Assembly (NCBI GenBank): GCA_040380855.1
Contig: JBEIIG010000009.1
Coordinates: 10,699 to 74,698, forward strand
Length of the DNA: 64,000 bases
Source: Acidimicrobiaceae bacterium
GTDB taxonomy: Bacteria; Actinomycetota; Acidimicrobiia; Acidimicrobiales; Ilumatobacteraceae
Direction: 5' to 3'
Under the pieces are notes generated by a model. It saw nothing but the letters and a program-made list of their open reading frames with translations, searched no databases and was not told the origin of the DNA. This document shows positions 37,379-45,948 of the stretch, piece by piece. The position numbers and the translations under genes are program-made. Within the stretch, counting starts at the first letter, position 1. Each line of letters begins with the position of its first letter.

Positions 37379-38326
37379 TCAGTGGGGGTGGTTGGCTTCG
37401 AGCCAGCGCTCGGCGTCGATGGCCGCCATACAACCCGATCCGGCGGCGGTGATGGCCTGTCGGTAGGTGTGGTCCTGCACATCGCCGCACGCGAACACGC
37501 CGTCGACATTGGTGTAGCTCGACCCGGGCCGGGTGACGAGGTACCCGCTGTCTTCCATGTCGAGCACCCCGCGGAACAGATCGGTGTTGGGACGGTGGCC
37601 GATCGCCACGAATACACCGGTGACCGGCAACGTGCCAACCGCTCCGGTGACCGTGTCGCGGATCAGGGCACCTTCCAACTTCTCGTCGCCCAGCAGGTCG
37701 TCGATCACCGTGTTCCAGCGGATCTCGATCTTCGGGTTGTCGAGGGCTCGCTCCTGCATGATCTTCGAGGCGCGCAGTTGATCGCGGCGAACGAGCAGGA
37801 TCACCTTCGAGGCGAACTTGGTGAGGAATGTGGCCTCCTCGATGGCCGAGTCGCCACCACCCACCACGGCGATCTCCTGACCACGGAAGAAGAACCCGTC
37901 GCAGGTGGCGCATGTCGACAGCCCGTGACCGATGAGCCGGCTCTCGGCCTCGAGGCCCAGCATGAGGCTCTGCGCGCCGGTGGACACGATCACCGTGTGA
38001 GCGAGGTGTAGGTCGTCGCGGATCCACACCTTGAAGGGTCGTTCGGAGAAGTCGATCGAGGTGACCTTGGCGGTGATGAACTCGGCACCGAAACGCGATG
38101 CCTGCTCGCGCATGTTCGTCATCAGTTCGGGGCCCATGATGCCGAGGGGGAAACCAGGGAAGTTCTCGACCTCGGTGGTGAGCATCAACTGTCCACCGGG
38201 CTGGTCGGTCGTGCTCGACGGCTCGCCCTCGATGACGAGCGGCTGCAGGTTGGCGCGGGCGGTGTAGATGGCGGCGGTGAGGCCGGCAGGGCCCGAACCG
38301 ATGATGATGACGTTACGGATGCTCAC
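37379..38326 (-). CDS. trxB: Thioredoxin-disulfide reductase
   Basis: FAD motif IIIGSGPAGLTAAIY, redox centre CATCDG and NADPH motif AVVGGGDSAIEEA. Confidence 0.95.
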   Translation of the reverse strand: MSIRNVIIIGSGPAGLTAAIYTARANLQPLVIEGEPSSTTDQPGGQLMLTTEVENFPGFPLGIMGPELMTNMREQASRFGAEFITAKVTSIDFSERPFKVWIRDDLHLAHTVIVSTGAQSLMLGLEAESRLIGHGLSTCATCDGFFFRGQEIAVVGGGDSAIEEATFLTKFASKVILLVRRDQLRASKIMQERALDNPKIEIRWNTVIDDLLGDEKLEGALIRDTVTGAVGTLPVTGVFVAIGHRPNTDLFRGVLDMEDSGYLVTRPGSSYTNVDGVFACGDVQDHTYRQAITAAGSGCMAAIDAERWLEANHPH

Positions 38327-38353
38327 ACAGGGCCTTTCCGGGCGAGAGCGGAT

Positions 38354-38695
38354 TCAGGCGGGACGATCGGTGTCGCTCGGGTGGCGCTGCCGCATGCACA
38401 ACACGCCCGCCACGAACAACACAGCGGCGCTGACGAGGTACGACACCCAGACGCTGGAATCGGCGTCGATCCACCCGCCGATGTTGACCAGTCGCTGCAG
38501 CAACTTGGTGAACACGATGACGAGCAGCGTGAAGGTGGCGACCGATGCGACGCCGATGACCGTGCCGAACACCAGTGCTCTGACGATCGTGACCACCCGC
38601 ACCGTGGCGGTGTCGCGTACCCACCCGACCCAACGCTCGACCTGGTCGGCGAGTTGGGCGGGCCAGTTCGGATCGGTGAGCGGGTTGCCCGGCAT
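38354..38695 (-). CDS. Hypothetical membrane protein (two predicted TM helices)
   Basis: 113-aa ORF with two hydrophobic segments, in the operon position between the anti-sigma gene and trxB. No recognisable family. Confidence 0.4.
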   Translation of the reverse strand: MPGNPLTDPNWPAQLADQVERWVGWVRDTATVRVVTIVRALVFGTVIGVASVATFTLLVIVFTKLLQRLVNIGGWIDADSSVWVSYLVSAAVLFVAGVLCMRQRHPSDTDRPA

Positions 38696-38734
38696 GGGGG
38701 CGAGCCTACTTGCTGGTGCCCAGCGGCGACAGGG

Positions 38735-39547
38735 TCAGGGTTGCACCGTGACGATCACGGCGCAGGAGAACGAGTCGAGCGCACTGATCGCTCCGTCGGC
38801 CGATCGCACGACGATGGCCTGTTGCTGGCGGTACACGACGGTGCCGAGCACTTCGACGTCGCTCGGCAAACAGGCCGCCGCGGGAATCGAGCGAGTGGTA
38901 GCGGATGTGGCGGTGAGGTCGGCGGCGAATGCCGCGAGTGCCTGGGGCGAATCGATCGTGGGTGCTGTGCCGTACTCGGCTGCTCCGTCGATCGAGCCGA
39001 TGGTCGACACCGGTGCGTTCGCTGGTGCCGGCACCGGGCTGGTGACCCCGACTCCCGTCATCGTCTCGGCCGGCGCCGGAGCCAGGGTGTCGGCCGTGGC
39101 CGTGAGCACACCGGTGGCGGTTGCCTCGGCCTGTTTGGCCTCCGGGACGACGACGTCGCTGCCTGCAGGTGCAGCGTCGCTCTGGGTGGCTGCATTGGAA
39201 CTGGCGCTGGCCTCGGTCGCCACTGCGACGTTGGAGCCGTCGTCGGACCGGGTGTCGAGCGAGCGCAGCACGACGCCGCCCACCGCCAGCACGGCGACCG
39301 CAGCGGCCGCACCGGCGAGCCAGCGGTACCGCCGTTCGCGGTGCGCAGCCAGCGAGACGGGCGCCGCCGCCGGGGCCGCTGCTGCGGCGGCGAGCGGGGC
39401 GGCCTGGAGTTCGTCGAAGGCGGCGAGCGCGGCGGCGAGTGCCTGCTCGCGGGCCTCGGCCGGCACTGCGACATCGCGCAGCGAGGCGCGCAACGGCAGC
39501 CATTCGGCTTCGCTCGGGGCGCCGGGGTCGAGGGTGTCGTCGCTCAT
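38735..39547 (-). CDS. Putative anti-sigma factor (single-pass membrane protein)
   Basis: ATG overlaps the ECF sigma stop (ATGA). Short cytosolic N-terminus, one TM (LAGAAAAVAVLAVGGVVL) and an Ala/Thr-rich extracytoplasmic part. The position is typical of cognate anti-sigma factors. Confidence 0.5.
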   Translation of the reverse strand: MSDDTLDPGAPSEAEWLPLRASLRDVAVPAEAREQALAAALAAFDELQAAPLAAAAAAPAAAPVSLAAHRERRYRWLAGAAAAVAVLAVGGVVLRSLDTRSDDGSNVAVATEASASSNAATQSDAAPAGSDVVVPEAKQAEATATGVLTATADTLAPAPAETMTGVGVTSPVPAPANAPVSTIGSIDGAAEYGTAPTIDSPQALAAFAADLTATSATTRSIPAAACLPSDVEVLGTVVYRQQQAIVVRSADGAISALDSFSCAVIVTVQP

Positions 39548-40140
39548 GGTGCAGGTGTTGGACGTTCGGACGGGTCGTCGCGGTTCCCGGCTCGCAACAG
39601 TTCGACCAACTGGGCGCGGCCGCGGGCGATACGGCTCTTCACGGTGCCGACCGGGACGTCGAGCGCCTCGGCGATCTCGGCGTAGTCGAGATCGCCCACA
39701 TCACGCAGGACGAGTGGCACGCGGAAGGTCTCGGGAAGTTCGGCCAGTGCAGCGTCGATGGCCATGCGATCGGCGATCGCCTCGACCTGCGGTCCGGCGT
39801 CGGGATCGACGATCTGCACATCGCCGCCCTCGGCCCGTGGGTCGCTGCGATCGTCGACCAGCATCGGCCGGCGTCGGCGCCGCCGCAGCTCGTCGAGGCT
39901 GGCATTGGTGGCGATCCGGTAGGCCCAGGTGGAGAACGAGGCCCGGCCGTCGAAGCGGCCGATGCTGCGTGCGATCGAGATGAGTGCGTCCTGGGCCGCG
40001 TCGGCGGCGTCGGCGTCGTTGCCGGTGATGCGCCGGCAGACGGCGAAGATGCGGTCGTAGTGGCGTCGGAGCAGGGTGTCGAGCGCTCGGCGGTCGCCGC
40101 CCGCTGCGGCCTGCACCAGTGCGTTGTCGTCGTGCATCAT
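39544..40140 (-). CDS. ECF-type RNA polymerase sigma-70 factor (SigM-like by synteny)
   Basis: Region 2 (DAAQDALISIARSIGRF...FSTWAYRIATNASLDELRRR) and region 4 HTH (DLDYAEIAEALDVPVGTVKSRIARGR). Start at MMHDDN overlaps the kinase stop. Confidence 0.85.
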   Translation of the reverse strand: MMHDDNALVQAAAGGDRRALDTLLRRHYDRIFAVCRRITGNDADAADAAQDALISIARSIGRFDGRASFSTWAYRIATNASLDELRRRRRRPMLVDDRSDPRAEGGDVQIVDPDAGPQVEAIADRMAIDAALAELPETFRVPLVLRDVGDLDYAEIAEALDVPVGTVKSRIARGRAQLVELLRAGNRDDPSERPTPAP

Positions 40141-41927
40141 CCGGTGGCCGTGAACCGCAACTCGGTGAGCGTGCCCCGGAAGGGGTTGTCGGAGCTGCAC
40201 GACTCGGACGGGCCGAGTTGGCGCATGAGCACCAGCATGTGACGCGCAGGCATGAGCACGGGGACGGTGAGGGTCTTGGCGGCGAGCGCATTGGCGCTGG
40301 CGATCGACTCACCCCATGCGGCGATGGACGCGGGCGGAGCCTCGTCGGTACTGGCGTACACCTCGACGATCCACGGTGCGCTGGCGATGTCGATGTCGAG
40401 CGATCCGGTGGCGGCGACATCGAACGTGGCCACCACGCCGACGCCACCCTTGCCCCCGAGGTACTCCGACGAGTAGCACACGGTCGACCAACCCGTGGCC
40501 GGGTCGCCGTCGATCAGTGCGTTCGCCTGATCGTCGTTCTCCTCCCCGTCGCCATCGGGGTCGAACGCGGCCACGGCGGCGATCGATGCGCCGATGATGG
40601 GGGCGGCGGTGGCCGCCGGCTCGACGGGTGCGGTGGGTGCGGTTGGCGCAATCGTCGTGGCCACGCCCGCATCGGACATGTTGCGACCCAGGCCGTTCAC
40701 GAGGACCACCACCAGCACCGCTGCGGTGAGGAGCAGTGCGCCCACCAACACCAGTGACGGGCCGCGCCGCTGCTGGTAGCGACGGTTGGGGTGCTGGCGG
40801 ACGAACCCGGTGCCGGTGGGCGTGCGGTCGCGCTCGACCCGGGTGGCGGCGGTGGCCGTGCGGCTCATCGGCGAGGCCGGCACCGGCTGGTACCCACCGA
40901 CGGCTCGTGGCGGTCGACTGCTCGGGCCGACCACCGACGCCGGCGGTGCACCCCGCACCGGTTCACGCAGGGTGGGATCGACGACCCGTTGTGTGGCGTC
41001 GGTTGGCTCGCCCGACAGCATCGGGTCGGCCGGCCGGTTCTGGATCTCGACGATTGCGGCCCGCACAGCGGCGCCGCTCGCGTAGCGCTGCTCGGGCTTG
41101 CGGGCGAGCAACCGGTGGATGAGTTCGGGTAACCCGCGCGGCAGCGTGGGCCGCAACCGCGTGATGTCGGTGGGGTCGCGCTGGAGGCGGGCCAACGCGG
41201 TGTCGGCGTCGTTCTGGCCGAGGAACGGCACTCGGCCCGCAAGGCACTCGTAGAGGACGAGGCCCAGAGAATAGAGATCGGCCCGACCGTCGAGTCGCCG
41301 ACCACGCACCTGCTCGGGCGACAGGTACTTCGCGGTACCCATCATGATGTTGTCGTTGGTGAGGTCGTCGCCGGCCGATTCGAGGCCCTTGGCGATACCG
41401 AAGTCGGTGAGCAGCACACGACCGTCGGGCGTGATCAAGATGTTGGCGGGCTTGACGTCGCGGTGCACCATGCCGGCCTGATGGGCGGCATCGAGGGCAC
41501 TCGCCACGCACGACCCGATGTGCATCGTCAGGTCGGGGCTGAGACGCTTCTGGTCGTCGAGCAGCTGCCGCAGGCTCTTGCCGCTGACGAGTTGCATCAC
41601 GACCGCCTGCCTGCCGGCCTCCTCGATGGCGTCGTACACGGCGACGATGTTGGGGTGGTTCAACTGGGCCACGGTGATGGCTTCGCGGCGGAACCGCTCG
41701 GCGACGACCGGGTCGTTGGCGAGTGTCGGCTTCAGCAACTTCACGGCCACCTGACGCGACAGCTGCAGATCGGTGGCCACCCACACCTCGGCCATACCAC
41801 CTTGCGCGAGTCGACGATCCAGCCGGTAGCGCTGGGCGAGAACAGTCGGCGGTGGCGACGGGGGACTGGCGGTGGTGGACATGTCCGCAGGGAACGCTAG
41901 TGGTGCCGACCGCAACGGCATCGGCAA
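40137..41927 (-). CDS. Ser/Thr protein kinase with one TM helix and an extracellular C-terminal domain of about 180 aa
   Basis: VAVKLLK (Lys), HRDVKPANIL, DFGIAK and SPE motifs are all intact. TM is LVLVGALLLTAAVLVVVLV. The C-terminal domain (IDGDPATGWSTVCYSSEYLGGKGGVGVVATFD...) looks jelly-roll/CBM-like. The start may instead be the internal ATG at 41880-41882. Confidence 0.9.
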   Translation of the reverse strand: MPMPLRSAPLAFPADMSTTASPPSPPPTVLAQRYRLDRRLAQGGMAEVWVATDLQLSRQVAVKLLKPTLANDPVVAERFRREAITVAQLNHPNIVAVYDAIEEAGRQAVVMQLVSGKSLRQLLDDQKRLSPDLTMHIGSCVASALDAAHQAGMVHRDVKPANILITPDGRVLLTDFGIAKGLESAGDDLTNDNIMMGTAKYLSPEQVRGRRLDGRADLYSLGLVLYECLAGRVPFLGQNDADTALARLQRDPTDITRLRPTLPRGLPELIHRLLARKPEQRYASGAAVRAAIVEIQNRPADPMLSGEPTDATQRVVDPTLREPVRGAPPASVVGPSSRPPRAVGGYQPVPASPMSRTATAATRVERDRTPTGTGFVRQHPNRRYQQRRGPSLVLVGALLLTAAVLVVVLVNGLGRNMSDAGVATTIAPTAPTAPVEPAATAAPIIGASIAAVAAFDPDGDGEENDDQANALIDGDPATGWSTVCYSSEYLGGKGGVGVVATFDVAATGSLDIDIASAPWIVEVYASTDEAPPASIAAWGESIASANALAAKTLTVPVLMPARHMLVLMRQLGPSESCSSDNPFRGTLTELRFTATG

Positions 41928-41993
41928 TCGGCCGACGTGATCGATTGCGGTGGGGTCAGCGCGCCTCGTGGTCGGCGCCGTCGGGCATCCGGG

Positions 41994-44126
41994 TCATGCG
42001 TCGGGTCCGCTCGAACCCGTGCCCGAGGCGGGGTGGCGCGGTGCCACCTCGTCGGTGCGAGCGCGCCGCCGGACATCGAGCCAGTGACGCAGCCACCAGG
42101 CGAGCACCACCAGCACACCGGCACCGAGGAGCAACTGCCCCACTCCGGCGAGCGAGTTGACCCGAGCCGTCAACACCACCTCGGGAACCACCTGGCCGCC
42201 GCCGGCCGCCGGCGTGAACATTCGGAGGAAGACACTCGATTTGCCGTTGCTGCGTGCCAGGGCGCGCATCCGCTCGGTGGTGTCGTCGAGTGGGGCCAAC
42301 ACGACCGTCACCTCTCCGTCGGGGAAGGCGATCTTGGCTGAATCGAGTTGGAGGCGCACTGTGACGGCGAAATCGCAGCGGTTGGTGACCGTGATGGGGA
42401 TGACGCTGTTACGACCGGTGAGCGTGAACGAGTACGGATCGGGGGCATCGACGCAGTCGCGGACGTCTTGGAACTGCTCGCGCAGGGCTGCAGCCATGGC
42501 CTGTGCTGTTTCGTCGTCGATCACGGTCGAGGGAAGGGCGTGCACGGTCGACACCCACGACGCCACCCGTTGCTCGTCGGTCGACAGCATGCTGGCCGTC
42601 GCCACGGTTTCGTCGGCGACGTCGTCGGTGAGCGCGAAGCGGGTGGTGAGATCGGGACCGGCGACGGCAGGCAGGCCGACCACGACCGGTGTGCCGTCGA
42701 GCAGCAGTCGGTCGACCGTCGCGCTCATCTCGCCGAGGCTGGTGAGCCGGAGGCCGGGTGTCGTGGTGAGGAGGGGGGCCAAGTGCTCGAGCAGGGCGGC
42801 GTCGATCACGCCGAGGTCGGGAACGCCGAGCACCATGCCGTGCCGGGCGACGATTGCGCCGGTTCGATCGATCTGTCCGGCGATCACCATCAATTCGGCG
42901 GTGATGTCGATGGCGGTGCCGACCGGCCGGGTGGTGTCGGTGAGGCTTGCGGCGATGTCGGGATCGATGATGGCGCTGGGAACGGTCGATCCGTCGCCGA
43001 GCGCCACGTCGATGAGTTGGGTGGTGTCGGTGAAGCCTCCCAACGAACCCGGTAGCGACTCGTACAGACGGTACGGCATCACCATCAACCGGGTGCCGAG
43101 GTTGCGCTGCAGCAGTGCGCCGGCGGCGCTGATGGGGCTGTCGACGAGGTCGACGGTGCGGTCGATCACCGTGCTCGGGAGCAACTCGGTGAGCAGGTCT
43201 TCGCCCTCGCGCAACAGTTGCGTATAGGTGTCGGCCCGGTCGGCCTGCGCCGCACTCGACGGATCGAGCGGCAGGCGTGGCGCTGCCAGCAGATCGCTGT
43301 CGGCGAGCAGGGTGAGCAGGGCCCGGGCAGGTTCGGGACGGGTGTCGAACACCGCGCGCAGGGTGGCGGGTTCGACCATCACGGCGACGCTGCCACCAGG
43401 GATCGTCAGCTCGGCCGCATCGAGCGCCGCGAGGCTGGCGCGAAGGGCGTCGAGTTCGGCGATCGCGTCGTCGGAGGCAGACACCGAGCCGTCGAGTTCG
43501 ACCACGGGTGCAGTGGTCTGGCGCATCACCAGGCTCACCGGCATCACCTCGGCGGGCTGGGGCGCGTCGGCGTTCGTCGCGACGACGAAGGTGGCGAGCG
43601 AGGCGACCGAGCGCGACCCGTCGCGCACGTCGACCGTGAGGGCGCGCACCCCGGGTCGGCTGAACTGCAACGCACCCGTGGTGTCGACAGTCGTCTCGGT
43701 CGGCACGGTGACGGTGAGCGTGCCGGCGGTCGACGACGAGATCAGCGGTTCTGCGGCAGTGGGATCGAGGCTGAGGCGCACCGAGTCGGCGGCTGGGCCA
43801 GCGTCGCCGCCGAGGGCCTCGCGGAACCCGGTCCGGTCGAGCAGGGGCTGATGCGCTGACACCACGATCGACCAGGCATCGTCGAACTCGGTGGGATCGA
43901 CGTCGGATGGCAACACCACGGTGAGCGTGAGCGGCGCGTCGGGCGCGACGGCGAACTGTTGCTCGACCAGGTCGAGTGTGCGGTCGGCGGCCCGCGACTC
44001 GATCGGACCCGACTCGTCGGGGGTGCGCGCTTGCGCGTCGGATGGTGGCGTGATGGGCACCGCGACGAAGGAGATGCAGCCACCGACGACGGCAGCAGCC
44101 AGGCGACGCCGACCCGGGCCCGTCAT
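41994..44126 (-). CDS. Large secreted/anchored protein, DUF6049-like (Rv3909-like by synteny)
   Basis: Start at [23 protein letters not shown] (signal-like; ATGA overlap with the GNAT stop). 710 aa with a C-terminal TM (LLLGAGVLVVLAWWL). The family call rests on architecture and synteny only. Confidence 0.55.
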   Translation of the reverse strand: MTGPGRRRLAAAVVGGCISFVAVPITPPSDAQARTPDESGPIESRAADRTLDLVEQQFAVAPDAPLTLTVVLPSDVDPTEFDDAWSIVVSAHQPLLDRTGFREALGGDAGPAADSVRLSLDPTAAEPLISSSTAGTLTVTVPTETTVDTTGALQFSRPGVRALTVDVRDGSRSVASLATFVVATNADAPQPAEVMPVSLVMRQTTAPVVELDGSVSASDDAIAELDALRASLAALDAAELTIPGGSVAVMVEPATLRAVFDTRPEPARALLTLLADSDLLAAPRLPLDPSSAAQADRADTYTQLLREGEDLLTELLPSTVIDRTVDLVDSPISAAGALLQRNLGTRLMVMPYRLYESLPGSLGGFTDTTQLIDVALGDGSTVPSAIIDPDIAASLTDTTRPVGTAIDITAELMVIAGQIDRTGAIVARHGMVLGVPDLGVIDAALLEHLAPLLTTTPGLRLTSLGEMSATVDRLLLDGTPVVVGLPAVAGPDLTTRFALTDDVADETVATASMLSTDEQRVASWVSTVHALPSTVIDDETAQAMAAALREQFQDVRDCVDAPDPYSFTLTGRNSVIPITVTNRCDFAVTVRLQLDSAKIAFPDGEVTVVLAPLDDTTERMRALARSNGKSSVFLRMFTPAAGGGQVVPEVVLTARVNSLAGVGQLLLGAGVLVVLAWWLRHWLDVRRRARTDEVAPRHPASGTGSSGPDA

Positions 44127-44902
44127 CGCCTCACACTCCCTTCGAACACACGCAACCGCTCGGGCAGGCTGCGGAAGCCGATGCGATGGTAGAGGGCGAG
44201 CGCGGCCTCGTTGTCGACGTGGGTGTTCACGAACACCCGCGTCACTCCGGCGCGCCGCATCCATGACAGCGCATCGGCGAGCAGGGCTGTGCCGACGCCT
44301 CGGCGGTGCACCCCCGGGTGCACCGACAGGCGCTGGATGTATCCGAGCGATCCGGATCGGCCCGAGATGAGCGAACCGACGACGGATCGGTCGATCTCGG
44401 CGACGCGCGCCCGATGTCGTGGCGTCGCATGGCACACGTCGGCCAGCATCCCTGCGTCGAGCCACCAGCGATCACCGAAGGCGGCGCGGTCGATGATGGC
44501 TGCGGTGTCGAAGTCGGGCATGCGCAATCGCCGTACCACGGGTCGAGTCGAACGGTCGCCGCCCGGCCGCGGCAGTGGTGCATCGAGTTGCAGCAACTCG
44601 AGTTCCTGCTCGACGCGGAGGCCGGCGACATCGGCCTGGACGGCCTGGCGCGCGCTCAGTGCGCCCGTGCGGATCCGCTCGTAGCCGCGGGCGGCGAGCT
44701 CGTCGCACCAGGCCATGTAGTGCTCGGCCATCGGAACGGCGCCACCGTCGAGCACCACGACCAGCGCCTTGGTCGGATCGTCGGGGCTGGGCGTCGCCCT
44801 CGCGAGCAGCGATGTCGTGCCGAGGGCGAACGATGCGGGGTGTGTGCCGCCGGTGCGACGCAGCACCGTGGTCTGGCGAATCAGGCGCGGCACCGAGCTC
44901 AT
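44123..44902 (-). CDS. GNAT-family N-acetyltransferase
   Basis: Acetyl-CoA binding motif IQRLSVHPGVHRRGVGTALL and C-terminal NEAALALYHRIGF. Confidence 0.75.
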   Translation of the reverse strand: MSSVPRLIRQTTVLRRTGGTHPASFALGTTSLLARATPSPDDPTKALVVVLDGGAVPMAEHYMAWCDELAARGYERIRTGALSARQAVQADVAGLRVEQELELLQLDAPLPRPGGDRSTRPVVRRLRMPDFDTAAIIDRAAFGDRWWLDAGMLADVCHATPRHRARVAEIDRSVVGSLISGRSGSLGYIQRLSVHPGVHRRGVGTALLADALSWMRRAGVTRVFVNTHVDNEAALALYHRIGFRSLPERLRVFEGSVRR

Positions 44903-44928
44903 CGGGGAGGGACGGTAGCGTCGGGACC

Positions 44929-45948
44929 GTGACCGTGCTGTTCAGTACCCACGCCGCCTATCTCGAGCACCTCGCCGGGCCGCGCCACCCCGAGCGCCCC
45001 GAGCGCCTGCGCGCCGTGCTGGCCGGGGTGGAACGCGAGGGTCTGATCGAAGCACTCACGCCCCTTGCGCCGGTGGCCGCCACCCGCGCCGACCTCGAAC
45101 GGGTGCACCCGGTGCCCTACCTCGACCGGATCGAATCGATCTGCGCCGCTGGAGGCGGACGCCTCGACCCCGACACCTATGCGGGCCCGCAGTCGTTCCA
45201 TGCCGCCAGCCTCGCCGCCGGTGCCGGCCTCACCGCCGTCGAAGCGCTGCTCGCCGGTCGCGGCGATGCAGCGTTCTGCGCTGTGCGCCCACCCGGGCAC
45301 CACGCCACACGCGACGAGTCGATGGGTTTCTGTTTCATCTCGAACGTCGCCGTCGTGGCGGCATCGCTGGCCGAACGAGGTGAACGGGTCGTGATCGTCG
45401 ACTACGACGCGCATCACGGCAACGGTACCCAGGCCGTGTTCTACGACGACCCCCGGGTGCTGTTCGTCAGCCTCCACCAGTGGCCGCTGTACCCCGGTTC
45501 GGGCCGGGCCGACGAGATCGGCGTCGGCGCGGGCGAGGGGTACACGATGAACATCCCGGTGCCGCCCGGTGCCACGGGCGACGTCTACCTACGCGCGCTC
45601 GACGAGTTGGTGGCGCCGCGGGTAGCGCAGTTCGAGCCGACGTGGCTCATCATCTCGGCCGGGTTCGACGCGCACCGCGACGATCCGATCACCGAGCTCG
45701 GCCTCACGGCGGGCGACTACATCGCCATCACCCAGCGGGTGCTCGAGTTCACGCCGGCCGGCCGGCGCATCGTGATGCTCGAAGGCGGCTACGACCTCGA
45801 TGCGCTCGCCAACTGCAGCGCAGGAGTGGTGGGTGTGCTGGCAGGCCTCGATCCACAGGCGCCGCTCGCCACCGAACGGGCCACGTCGGGCGGCCCCGGC
45901 GCGGCCCAGCTCGAGCGGGTCTCCTCGGTCTGGCGCGACCGCTGGTGA
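44929..45948 (+). CDS. Histone-deacetylase-family (class II HDAC/AcuC-like) deacetylase
   Basis: GTG 44929. RPPGHHA, IVDYDAHHGNGTQ and EGGY motifs. The upstream part of the track ORF is shadow over the GNAT gene. Confidence 0.85.
   Translation: MTVLFSTHAAYLEHLAGPRHPERPERLRAVLAGVEREGLIEALTPLAPVAATRADLERVHPVPYLDRIESICAAGGGRLDPDTYAGPQSFHAASLAAGAGLTAVEALLAGRGDAAFCAVRPPGHHATRDESMGFCFISNVAVVAASLAERGERVVIVDYDAHHGNGTQAVFYDDPRVLFVSLHQWPLYPGSGRADEIGVGAGEGYTMNIPVPPGATGDVYLRALDELVAPRVAQFEPTWLIISAGFDAHRDDPITELGLTAGDYIAITQRVLEFTPAGRRIVMLEGGYDLDALANCSAGVVGVLAGLDPQAPLATERATSGGPGAAQLERVSSVWRDRW

Noticed and set aside
40137-44126. MurJ/MviN flippase expected in this syntenic position.
   Set aside because: No 14-TM MurJ-like ORF exists here on either strand. 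The kinase ORF has a single TM helix, so murJ is not annotated.
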